Below are positions 39,020 through 49,949 of a stretch of DNA of 64,000 bases, piece after piece (positions within the stretch are counted from its first letter, which is position 1; each line of letters starts with the position of its first letter). A model generated the notes under the pieces. That model was not told where the DNA came from, did no database searches, and saw only the letters and a program-made list of their open reading frames with translations. The position numbers and the translations under genes were made by a program. Origin of the DNA: Tubiluchus corallicola (Eukaryota > Animalia > Priapulida); NCBI GenBank assembly GCA_030141605.1, contig JAQGDQ010000011.1, positions 1,236,066-1,300,065 of the forward strand, in the 5' to 3' direction.

Positions 39020-39388
39020 GTAACTGTTGCCATTTCATAGCTTACTTCTGTGAAACTTTTCAGACTGTTTGGCAACAATGCCATTTTCTCACTGTGGGGG
39101 TGTGGGACTTTCTTAGCAAAACTCTCTACTGCCTCTGTGTGAGCATAAATTCGGTGAGCACCCACAACTCTCTGCAAGCATCATAGCTAGCACATTCTTT
39201 CACTTTCCCTACCTCTTTCAAAGTGTTCATTCTAACATGTCCCCCTTTTAATCCATTTCATCACCCATCTGTTTCCCTGACTTTTCAAATTACATACAAC
39301 TGAAATTGTGCAATTACAAATGTCATTGTTCTGCCTGATTAACCTGCTGGCAATTGAGAATTTTCAGTTTTTACACAATTGAATTTAT

Positions 39389-39427
39389 TGCCGACCGGTT
39401 TCGAACGAACTGTTCATTGTCAAGGCA
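39389..39427 (-). ncRNA. Minimal type I hammerhead ribozyme (Penelope-type, U3-A8 variant)
   Basis: Minus strand UGCC-UUGACAA-U-GAAC-aguuc-GUUC-GAAA-C-cg-G-UC^GGCA: stems I and II, a palindromic ACCGGU stem III and a GUC cleavage triplet. Confidence 0.7.
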
Positions 39428-40290
39428 TCTAAAACAAAGAATTTTACCAGAATTTAGAAACAACACTGAATTGCGATTCAATCGTTGGATTGCCAAAAGA
39501 TCTATGATATAACATTATATAGATAATTTAACAATTCATCTTGCAGATTACATATCTTCATTGGCATGAAACTATGCTACACTCCACAAATAAACAAACA
39601 TGTTAGTAGTAACAGAATTATTAATATTAGGGAGCAGTCATTCAGTTGCTGAATTTCACATAACAAAATTTTGTTTGTTTGTTTGTGGAGTCGACAACGA
39701 AACCGGTCGGCAAGCAATATTGGTGTTTTTACACAACATTCGTTAATTTTATTGCAGTGAGTTTTTACGAGTAAAAACAGCCAATGGATCTATTAAGGGT
39801 TCTAAATATTTTAAAAAAACAGTCAGCACCTTCAAATAGTTATCTCTGCAAATTCTGAACATGGATTTATTGTGTCCCAATGATATTTGTAAAAAATGTG
39901 TAAAATTTCAATTAGCAGCAAGCCACAGCTTAACTGGAATAATAGGCTGCCATGGTGTGCATAATACACAGCCAGCTATCTGCATTGTCCTGTACTAGCT
40001 TCTAACAACACAATGTAGACAGAGCATTACTAAAGTTAGTGTTGCTATGGTGACCGATTGCTATTTTGTCTGTATCTACAAGAGAGTTAAAAAAGTGTTA
40101 TAAGCCATGTAATTCCACTATTTGAAGTTATATGTAAATCTACAAAGTTTACTACCTTAGTAATTAAGCAAATTTTGTTAGACACATTAACCCTAAGTGC
40201 GCTGTATGTGCTGTAAAATTCAACCAATTTTACTCAAGTACCCGATCTTCGTTCATCTAACAAGAAAACAAAAGAAAGAGAAGCACTCAC

Positions 40291-40413
40291 CACAAACGCT
40301 CCGACGGTGATTGGGAATGTTGCAGAAAACAGTAATACTTGCCGCTCTTCCGGGAAGAAGCTAAGAATATTGTCTAAAATATTCTTGAAGTCTTGTGAAA
40401 GCAACTTATCGGC
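40291..40413 (-). CDS. DDX6: DDX6 exon (AD of DEAD, SAT motif)
   Basis: ADKLLSQDF...RQVLLFSATFPITV. Confidence 0.96.
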
Positions 40414-40918
40414 CTGACAACAAAAAATGAAAACCAGATTAAAGGAGAGGTACACTCTTTTTTATGCATAAAATTTCAAGAAATACTGCAAATAAAAAAA
40501 TAAAGAAATGTGTACAAGCTGTGCACTTTTTAAGTGGTGACATTGAGAGAAGATTCTTTCTTAACTTTTTACAATAACCTGACAAAGTTAGTTCCTTGCA
40601 TCACTGTTCTGTGAAAAGCAATTCATTACTGATTGTTTATCAAGCAAGAAAATTGCCAGTTAGTAAATTCACCTATTTAATCTATTCCATTGCAAATATA
40701 ACGCCAAAACAAAAACAACTGTAAAAAACACATGTTGCCACCTGCTGGAAAATTAGCTAAAATTTTAGACAATGGGTGCACTTAACATCTTCTTTTTACG
40801 TTTTAAAGATTGTAAAACAGTTTTATTGCATTTTCACAAACTGCTTATACGATAGCGATCACTGCTCTAAGGAAACACCAAGACACAAAAAAAAGTTTAC
40901 AATAACTGTTTCAGTTAC

Positions 40919-41013
40919 CTCGTCTAATACAACCATCGTACACTTGTCTACTTTAGCCACTCCTTTGTTGATGAGATCGAGAATCCTACCCGGAGTAGCT
41001 ATCACTGCATGCA
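40919..41013 (-). CDS. DDX6: DDX6 exon (motif Ib, DE of DEAD)
   Basis: [14 protein letters not shown]...MVVLDE. Confidence 0.96.
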
Positions 41014-41374
41014 CTAAAAAAGAAGAAAACAGCTCAGAGAACAGTTGGGAACACAGTACTATAATCAAAATTTATAAATTGCAAGCGTATAATACAAATG
41101 TTTTGACTATAATATTTTTTTAAATTTTTACAAGTTTACTAAAATAGCTCAATACTATGACCTATGTTGTGAATTTAGTATAATGGAGAAGTTCAGAGTG
41201 GAAAAGTTCAGAAAATGAATTCGTAGTATCAAAATTGTTGATGGGCAACCAAAAGTTTCCATGATAAAAAGTCACTGGACAAAAAAGTCACTGCACTAAT
41301 CTTCTGCAACTGCAAAAATTTCTAAAACCATTCTGGCAAAGAAATCAACTTAACAAAAAGCAGCCTATACGCAC

Positions 41375-41518
41375 CTTTCTCGTAAAGCCTCATAATATCG
41401 TCTCGTAGATCTGTGCCCCCGGTAGTGACCATTACTCGAAGTCCTAAATGCTTGGATAGCTCAATGCAGATCTGACTAGTCTGAAGAGCCAGTTCACGGG
41501 TTGGCACAATAATTATTG
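41375..41518 (-). CDS. DDX6: DDX6 exon (motif Ia)
   Basis: [23 protein letters not shown]...[14 protein letters not shown]. Confidence 0.96.
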
Positions 41519-41690
41519 CTGAAATGAAAGCTCAATAATATTACAACAAATAATAAGTATTTAATGAAAATAGTTGAGATGCTATAAGTTAACCTGATAT
41601 AGCAATATTGCACGTTTGAGGTTTGCAAGCTCAAGAAACCAATTTTTTGTTGTACATGGTAACATTAGTGCACACTAGTAACATTAGTAA

Positions 41691-42200
41691 TTTCAGCACT
41701 TGCTACACTCACTAAGTGTTGCCGATACAATTTCAGCAATTGAGTGTTCACTAAGTGTAGCTCATACAATTTCAGCACTTGCTACACTCACTAGGTGTCC
41801 CTGATACAGTTTCAGCACTTGCTACACTCACTAAGTGTTGCCGATACAATTTCAGCACTTGCTACACTCACTAAGTGTCGTTGATACAGTTTCAGCCCTT
41901 GCTCCACTTACCAAGTTCTGCTGGTACAATTTCAGCACTTGCTACACTCAATAAGTGTTTCTGATACAATTTCAGTATTTGCTACACTCACTAAGTGTTG
42001 CTGATACAGTTTTAGCACCTGCTACACTCACTAAGTGTTGCTGATACAGTTTCAGCAATTTCTACACTTACCAAATATCACTCATACAATTTCAACACTT
42101 GCTACACTCACCAAGTATCGCTGATACAATTTCCGTACTTGCTATGCCCACTAAGAGTCACTTATACAGTTTCAGCACTTTCTACACTCATCAAGTGTAA
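41691..42200. repeat. ~40-bp minisatellite, ~13 units
   Basis: Unit TTTCAGCACTTGCTACACTCACTAAGTGTTGCTGATACAR. Confidence 0.92.
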
Positions 42201-42359
42201 GATCAATTTCTGGACAGAACAGATTGGAAGTAGAATTTTTCATATTGTTTATAGTACTGCAGCTGGTCACAAAAATTTGATAAAGTAGGACTGACACAGA
42301 ATCATCATATACAAACAGCATGTAAGAGGCAGCTAAATAAATCACTATAAACTGCTTAC

Positions 42360-42594
42360 CTTGGATGTAATCTTTGGTTGAATCGCATCGTTCAAGACAC
42401 GGTATGGCGTAGGCTCCCGTCTTTCCCGTCCCGTTCTTTGCCCGAGCTAACACATCCCTCCCTGTCAGAGCTATTGGTATGCTGGCTTCTTGAATCGGAG
42501 ACGGCTTCTCCCAACCCTTTTCGAATATACCCATGAGCAGCTCACGTTTAAGGCAGTAATCTTCAAATTCGTTGCCTTTTGTTTCTGTTACATC
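42360..42594 (-). CDS. DDX6: DDX6 exon (Q motif, motif I)
   Basis: [36 protein letters not shown]...[10 protein letters not shown]. Confidence 0.97.
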
Positions 42595-44040
42595 CTGTCA
42601 AAGCCAAACAAATGCGAGTGAAACGTGCATGTTTGAATTGGAATATTTTCAATTGCAACTAAATGTAAGCAATCTCATTAAAATAACCATTTATACTGAT
42701 TATATTATATGACTGCAGACTTGAAAATAATAGTAAAATCCCAAAGAAAAGGACAGACTTTTCCCACAGCAAGTTTAAAGTACAGTAAATGAGAAACTGA
42801 ATGCCATTATGCTCTTTAGAAGTTACTAAGGGCAACCCATAATTGCTTATGTTGTTTGTAAGTTTATGGTAAAATACAATAACTATTTGCTTTTTTTGCT
42901 TAATAATCCAGTATTGTTGCGTACTGTCAAATAATCAATCTCATTTCTATGATCAATCGACAACCTTCAAAAACGATCGATCGTTTTATATTTGGCAGGG
43001 TTGCGTCTGTATGGAACAGAACATTAGGCTTGTGGCTGTTGCTTCATCTCTTACGTTATTTTAATAACAATATCTTAATGCACTGCAATAACTGTAGGCA
43101 TTGCAATTAGCTATAAGACTGTTGTACTAGCATAATTAAATGTAGAAACGAGCAGCGAAGCTCGCAAAATCTTACTCTAATCGTATTAAACAGTCATTGG
43201 TCATGTTAATTTAAGATCGAGTGCTTAGTCGAAAGTCATGACCGATAAAATGGATTAGTTAGAATTGCACTAAATCATAATGTATTCATATTTTTCATAT
43301 TCTATATATATTTTAAAGCACGAATGTAGCAAAGGGGGCGACAGGGACCTTGGACCTCGGGCGCAAAATTCTTCTAGAGTATAATGACAGTTATTTGTTA
43401 ATTACTAATCCGTTATTAGCAAATAAGAAGAATCTTCAATCTTCAGCAAAATTGCCCAGTCAGAGTTCATTGTAGCCGACTTAATTACTACATAGAGCCT
43501 AGAAAAAAACTAATGTTGTTACTTATCTAGTGTGTAGGTGGCCACTGGCTTATCAGATCAATAAGTTGGCTGGAACAGTGGCATTATTCTCTAAACTATA
43601 TTATTGTGAAAATCTTTGCATGTTGCAATGCTGGAGCTGAATGTTTAGCAACTGTCATGTTAAGAACAACTTTCCAAGACCAATGCAAGAAGAATTATTC
43701 TGGTGCAGTAACACAAATCAAATTCAGGGTGATTCCTAGAAAAGTTTGTTTATCCCATTATGTTGAAAATGGGATAAGGGGGGCTGAAGGGCGAACAATT
43801 TGTGAATTCACCCACGAAAGAAATGATCAAAACATTACAAAGATAGAGTGCCATAAGTGTTTTTGCCACTGAAAAACCTAACATATTAAAGTAGTTAGAG
43901 TGCAAATTCCATGCAGTCACTGGCTAAATTCTGTAACTAGAGGACTAATTAATAAAATCTAATATTCTTACATAGTAAGAATCCTGAAAAGCTTTCGAAA
44001 ACGTGACGTAACATACATTTTGACAACAGCACTAACTTAC

Positions 44041-44140
44041 CGCTGTTCTGTACCGTCGATCCGGAGCCGGACATTTCAGCTTGCTCTTCCAGTTCACATG
44101 CAAATCATTCACTTCAACTTTGGGCTTCGAAACGTCGTCA
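44041..44140 (-). CDS. DDX6: DDX6 coding exon 2
   Basis: ...NWKSKLKCPAPDRRYRTA, compare the DDX6 WKxxLKLPPKDxRxKT motif; phase 2-0. Confidence 0.9.
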
Positions 44141-45217
44141 CTGAAACAACGATGATTGCATAGCGAAACACTTCACTTTTTGTAGTACGTAAGTAACAAG
44201 TAGAGTAACAAGCTTTGATAAAAACGTATTAATACATTATTAGCTCACAATGATGCTAATGCAACAACGTTATTAAAGATAAAAAGCTTATTAATGATTT
44301 TAGTAGATGGTGATATCGTTAAGTACAATGAAGTGACATCTATTGATAAAAATAATAAAACCACCATTACCTGGTACTATTCTACGACACATCTTAGCAC
44401 ATAAAATCAAGGCTAGAAATAGTGTACTGGTAAAAAAGTAAAAAATGTTAACATTTTACGCATTTGCCAGCTTATTTCGAACAAGAACATTAACTCATAA
44501 TACACCTAAATACTATAATATAATATAATATCCTTTTACTTATTACAGATAAGCACTGTTGAATCAGTTAGCATTCCAATACAGCCAATATATTCATAAC
44601 ATCACAAAGACACAAGTTTCTCAGTTCAACAAACAAACATGTAAGGCTTATTTGAAACATGATGGCGTTGAAAAAAGTATGCAAGACTTTAAATAACAAG
44701 ATGATCAAGAATAATGAATCAGATTAACAGATATAAAAACTTTCCAATATTTTAATAGAAAATAATCTGAGCCACACGATAAGAATAAAAATGCTGTTTT
44801 GGTTTTCAGGTTTGTCAATTATCAACAGAAAAAAACAAAAACAAAAACCTCCAATGGATAAACAGGCACAACTGTGATAATACGAATAACTAGTTAAATG
44901 CACTGTACAAACATTAATGCAGCTTCTGATACACACTTCCATTTATAATTCCAACTAGTTTGTTGGTTTTTATTCACAAAGTTATAATAAGATTAATGAT
45001 TCACAACTGCACTTTAGGTGCTAGTTACAGTTTCACAATTTTACATCTACTGTGTAATAACAAACTGCAAAAAACTAACAGTAATCTCTTGTTTTTATCT
45101 CAGCCTTACAGATAATAGCTCTGATTTAAAGAGAGGGGTCAAACTTACATTGAACAACTGCACTTCTCACGTTCAGGTGTGCAAGCTTAAAACACTCTTC
45201 ATAAATAAAGCTTAAAT

Positions 45218-45690
45218 ATCACTTACGTGCTTGTCTTATTGCATACAGGGCTGGTACTAGCAGTGACTGTATAAAACTTGTAAATTTAAACTCCTGCGAT
45301 GACAGTTAGGAGCAGCCATTTTAATGGTAAGTCGCGTGAAACAAGTTTAGGTAACATTGCAAAAAGAATGAAAAAATAATCAGAACATTTGTAGAACACA
45401 CTTCACTAACTAAGCAAGAGTATAAATTACATTATACTGTCAATAAGATCAATAATGTTTTTTTGGTAAGTCAGTGGTGTACACTGGGATGGCAATAAAG
45501 TGCTGTTCTACCAGGTGGCATGAATGTTTTAACTTAATAAGAATTTTCTTTCATGATTACACAGGTCTTTTAAACAGGTGAGCGCAATGATAAGTAATAT
45601 AACTTTGTATATAGAAAGTTTTTTCGAGTTGCACTTTAAAATTCCCTTTTCTTCCCCTTTCAATTGATGCACGAGACTATTAAACAGAGG
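45218..45690 (+). repeat. Interspersed repeat family, copy C
   Basis: Colinear with copies A and B. Confidence 0.8.
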
Positions 45691-46293
45691 CCACAAACTG
45701 ACCGCACACTCAATGATCGCATAAAATAGTCACGGCATTTTACCAAGCTAAATTTTCCATCAAACTATAAAATTCTAAACACATTTTCCACACTTTTAAT
45801 ATAGCATTGATCGACTCACGCATTACCTCACAACTGAAACTATTAAGTGCTACTTAAGTTGTACTATGTACTGCTTAATACTGTAAAATTCTTTTGCCCG
45901 AAATAAAATGTTAGGAATCCTTTCTTTACACTTAGTTCATTTACAGTGGCCTACAAGGGTTTTTGAAATGGCTTTCAGCAAAAGTTTTATCAGTGTAAAA
46001 ATCAATTTAAATGCAGCTGCGTGCAGAGGGCACCGCCCATCGTCGGATTTACTCCCATCCAGACGAGAAGAAAGGTTCATCATAACAAAAAACTAAAGGC
46101 ACCACAATATACTTTAAAGTTGTCTCTAATTCACAGCGAAGCCAACAGGGAGAAGCCATTCTCCTCAGAGGTTCTAAGACACATATTTAATACGCATTAC
46201 GTAACGAAATTTTATGATAATTTAAATCATGATTAGTTAATATTATGTAATATTATCAAGGACTCAGCACAGGCAGATTAAGCTATAGTTTCT

Positions 46294-47334
46294 TTAATGA
46301 AAGTTCTGCATTTGATCTTCCCAAACTTCCACCAATTCACGAGAGTCATGGTAACCATGCGATGCTATCACATTTTTATAGCCTTCCCTACTGTATGATT
46401 TTTTCCAAAAATAAAAGTTTTCATTGTGCACTGGATGAATTCCTACTTTTTTGGCTACAATACCCAAGTAAACATCATCAAATCTAAAAAGTTTGGTGTA
46501 CAAGCTTCCATAGTACAAGCTTTTCGCTGCATCAGAGGATAGAATGTAAGCCATCGCAGTAACATAAGGGGGATACTTGGAATACGGATACTCATTCAAA
46601 TTCACATACCACTTAGAAAATTTGTGTCGGAGGGGAGAAGAAAAAAACACATAACCCGTAAACAAGCCATGTTCCAAATCTTGTTTTTTAACGGATTTCA
46701 AATAAGCTATAACATTGTCTGTTGCCACGTACATATCATCATCAGCAAACATGATGAATTCTGCATTGGCACAATGTTCGGCAATCCAGCGCAGGCCCAT
46801 GACAGTCTTCAACGTATTGTTGAAATAAACGTCAACGAAATCCTCCTGAACAATGTCACGGTGTAGATCGTTTTCATCGTAAACCATATGCTGCAGTACA
46901 ATGTCCATGGGGTCGGACCCCAAAAGGAAGACCGTTTTGATGATTTTGTCGTTCTCGTACCGTCTCTCTCGACCCCAAGTATTGCGTATTGTGTCCCGTT
47001 GTTCAAAATGATTCAGTGCAGATTTCACGACAAACACTAAGTAAGGCGGATAGTTATTTTCGCCTTCGCATTTCTGATCATTAGTTATTAAGAATTTAAA
47101 CTTGTGGGGGTTGATGGGAACTACAGTTGGAGTCTTTCCATGCTTTCGCATTGATACCAATCTGTCTACGTTACCGTGATATGGATATTGAAATTGTGCA
47201 TAGTCGATTTCAAACACATGTGTAAATGCACCCAAGTAGTCTAATGCAGAGAAAACGGCTACAAACACAGCAACGTATTTTGCACGGTGCCGGCAGTACT
47301 TATAAATTCCTTTTAGCCGACAGTGAGTCTTCAT
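46294..47334 (-). CDS. brn: Brainiac-like beta-1,3-glycosyltransferase (GT31), intronless, 346 aa from the first ATG; nested in a DDX6 intron
   Basis: N-terminal TM anchor, VKSA..HFEQRDTIRNTWG, DIVQEDFVDVYFNNTLKT, DDD motif, SPLRHKFSKWYV (as in Drosophila brainiac), FDDVYLG. The ORF track start at 47397 is a TTG. Confidence 0.9.
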   Translation of the reverse strand: MKTHCRLKGIYKYCRHRAKYVAVFVAVFSALDYLGAFTHVFEIDYAQFQYPYHGNVDRLVSMRKHGKTPTVVPINPHKFKFLITNDQKCEGENNYPPYLVFVVKSALNHFEQRDTIRNTWGRERRYENDKIIKTVFLLGSDPMDIVLQHMVYDENDLHRDIVQEDFVDVYFNNTLKTVMGLRWIAEHCANAEFIMFADDDMYVATDNVIAYLKSVKKQDLEHGLFTGYVFFSSPLRHKFSKWYVNLNEYPYSKYPPYVTAMAYILSSDAAKSLYYGSLYTKLFRFDDVYLGIVAKKVGIHPVHNENFYFWKKSYSREGYKNVIASHGYHDSRELVEVWEDQMQNFH

Positions 47335-49123
47335 GCTAATCAAAGAATATATACCAGCTTTCAGAATCTTCTGTTGTTTCCCGGGTGCCTGTAGCAAATG
47401 GTATCGGTTACTGTTGTCATCGTCCCCTTTATCATCATCAACACCACTGCCACAACACTATTATCCATCAGCATCTCATCATTCTTGTTGCTCCTGACAA
47501 CCAACAACGGTGTGTGTAAAATCTTTGTTAATGGAGGAACATTCAAAAGCAAGACATTTTAAGGGGAAATAACTCAAACTACATCATCTTAATCAACAAT
47601 GCCAAAGATCGGAATAACAATAATAAGACTATTACTCAGCAATGCTACTGCTCTTACAGGTATTATGTAAATGTCTCAATATCAGCATCAGAAAAGCTGA
47701 TGGCATACTGGCACCCTCTTAAACGACATATACTAATATTCTGCCATTACATAAACTACGTGTTCAAAATAAAATTTCCAATCATATGTATGAACCCGTT
47801 TACCACTAGGCCACAACTTTGAGTTGACCTGCTTCTGATTTTACTAAGAAAATGTAACGTCACACAGTATCAGCCATAGATGACTTTAAACTGAAATGCA
47901 AGATTTATTCCAACTAATTTTAAATAATTTATGTTTTAATAATAATTTTGCTTGAACAACAAATTAACAGTCAAATAACTGGTTTTCTAATCAAATAAAA
48001 CATATAAATACAACGCAAGATGTAGACTTATATTTAGAAACGTAACATGTCCACTCCCATAACGGAAGTCACCATGAGATGTTAACTGACAGGAAGATAT
48101 TTAAAAAAGATCTCAAATCTAAATATAAAATGCATTTAGTCGAAATGTTACGTGTTTAAATATAAAATCTACATCACTTGTGCTGTTTGTGCATACTCGT
48201 TATGGTAAGTTTTTCACTTAACTTTTTTCTTTTAGCTGGTCCGGACTTAAATTTCTATAAGTGCATAGAACGAATTGCATATTGTACATTGTAGAACAGC
48301 GGGTAGTAGAGTCGAATAATAGAAACTGTTTGGGAAATACGCTCTAATTACCCCATTTAAGTACAAAAATTAATGAAAAGATTTAACTAATTACTAATGA
48401 TGATTATCTGACTGCAACTGAATCAATATGTAATAATTTTAAATAAGAAAATAAGCAAATTAGTAATCTACAGTAGAAATTTAGACAATACTTTCTTTAA
48501 AAATTCATAGTAAATGATAAAATGAAGCAAAATCATATTAAAGCCCGCTATTGCAAAAGTAAACGAAAATTTTACATACTTTTGGTCCTGTTGTAACAAA
48601 AATGTCAAACAGTAAATTTAAAAAGACAAACAATGTAAGCCTATCCAATTCAAAACCACCACATAAGCTAACTAAAATACTCCAGGAAATTTACGTTCTA
48701 AAAACAGATCTTCCATACAAATCAGTAATGTTAGAAGAACTAAAGACATCAGATGGAGAGAAAGAGAACAGCCGAATAAACATCAAAATTGCAAGATAAG
48801 CACTCCTAGCCATGGTTAACAGCTAGATAGGTGACAGCCAAAAAACGTGCTTCTAGAGGTTTTGTCACATTGGCTCAAGCCATTTATCTGTTTGAGGAAG
48901 TTGCTTCATGTCAAGGAGGACTGACTCAAGTGTGTTTAAAACATCTCAGCCAGCTGTTAGTGGACAACCGAGGAATTTAAAGCCCACGGTTAATTGTTAA
49001 TCGAATTATATTCGGCCACTTGACTAATAACTGTATAAGCACATTTATTATTGACAAGGAAAAAGTTGAAAACAAGTTTTATGCATTTATGTAATTATTT
49101 CTAAATAGGTGTAACAAAATTAC

Positions 49124-49224
49124 CTGATTTCTGAAGAGTTATTAGAATGGCTGTTAATATTCACTTTGGCAGCATTCTGAAGAACAATGTTTCTTGTACC
49201 TTTTGCTGGACTTGAAGCCGCCAT
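49124..49224 (-). CDS. DDX6: DDX6 first coding exon
   Basis: MAASSPAKGTRNIVLQNAAKVNINSHSNNSSEI; phase-2 donor AG|gtaatt matches the next exon; the exon starts at 49277 after ttttag|. Confidence 0.7.
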
Positions 49225-49351
49225 GATAGCACATATATTTATCTAAACTTGAATGTTGTTTCACCGGCAAAATCTGCCTAAAAATAACGGTTTATAACGA
49301 TTAGATGACGCTGACAAAACTACAGCCTACATAGTGTGTTACCATTGATAT

Positions 49352-49949
49352 TAGTGATGGGCCCAAATTGTGATGTTCGGTTGTGATCGGTGAATAAGTT
49401 CTGATCGGCTTAACATTAATTTATTGATCGGTTCGGTAAGCTATTGAGCCGATCAGGCCATAAAAATTGACAAATTTACAAGAAAATCTAAAAATTAACA
49501 TATTTAAACTTAAAGCAAAAGTTTTGATATGATTAGTACGTCAAAAAATTTGTATACGATATATATTATGCACCAACCATATTTCGTTAAAATGCCTTTC
49601 TGAAAGATGCCGCGCTCCAAGGACAATGGGCAAACATACGCAAACATACACAAACGAAATCAAGAATCTCATTTCACTGCTCAGTTTTGATCAGTTTTAA
49701 TCAAGTTATTAGATTAGATTTAACACCATCATTACAAAAAGAATAAGGTTTCATAATTGAATTCTTGTGGATAATGTCTTTTGAAAATGTAAAATAATTG
49801 ATAAGCCAACACAGTTTAAAAATAATTTTTATAGCTCAGCATAATTTTCATATTTTATCAGACTTGCGATCAATCGCTATTGGTGAAGAGAAAAGTTGAT
49901 CGGCTCCTGATTGGCTCGGTACCGAAAAATGCTGATGGGTCCATAGCTG
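49352..49949. mobile_element. Degenerate hAT-type MITE
   Basis: Left TIR TAGTGATGGGCCC, degenerate right end GGGTCCATAGCTG, subterminal GATCGG repeats, imperfect 8-bp TSD ATTGATAT/ATTAATAC. Confidence 0.55.

Noticed and set aside
47335-47397. N-terminal extension of the brainiac ORF, or an in-frame DDX6-brainiac fusion
   Set aside because: The ORF track start is a TTG, and the phases of DDX6 exon 1 and the candidate acceptors give early stops rather than a fusion.
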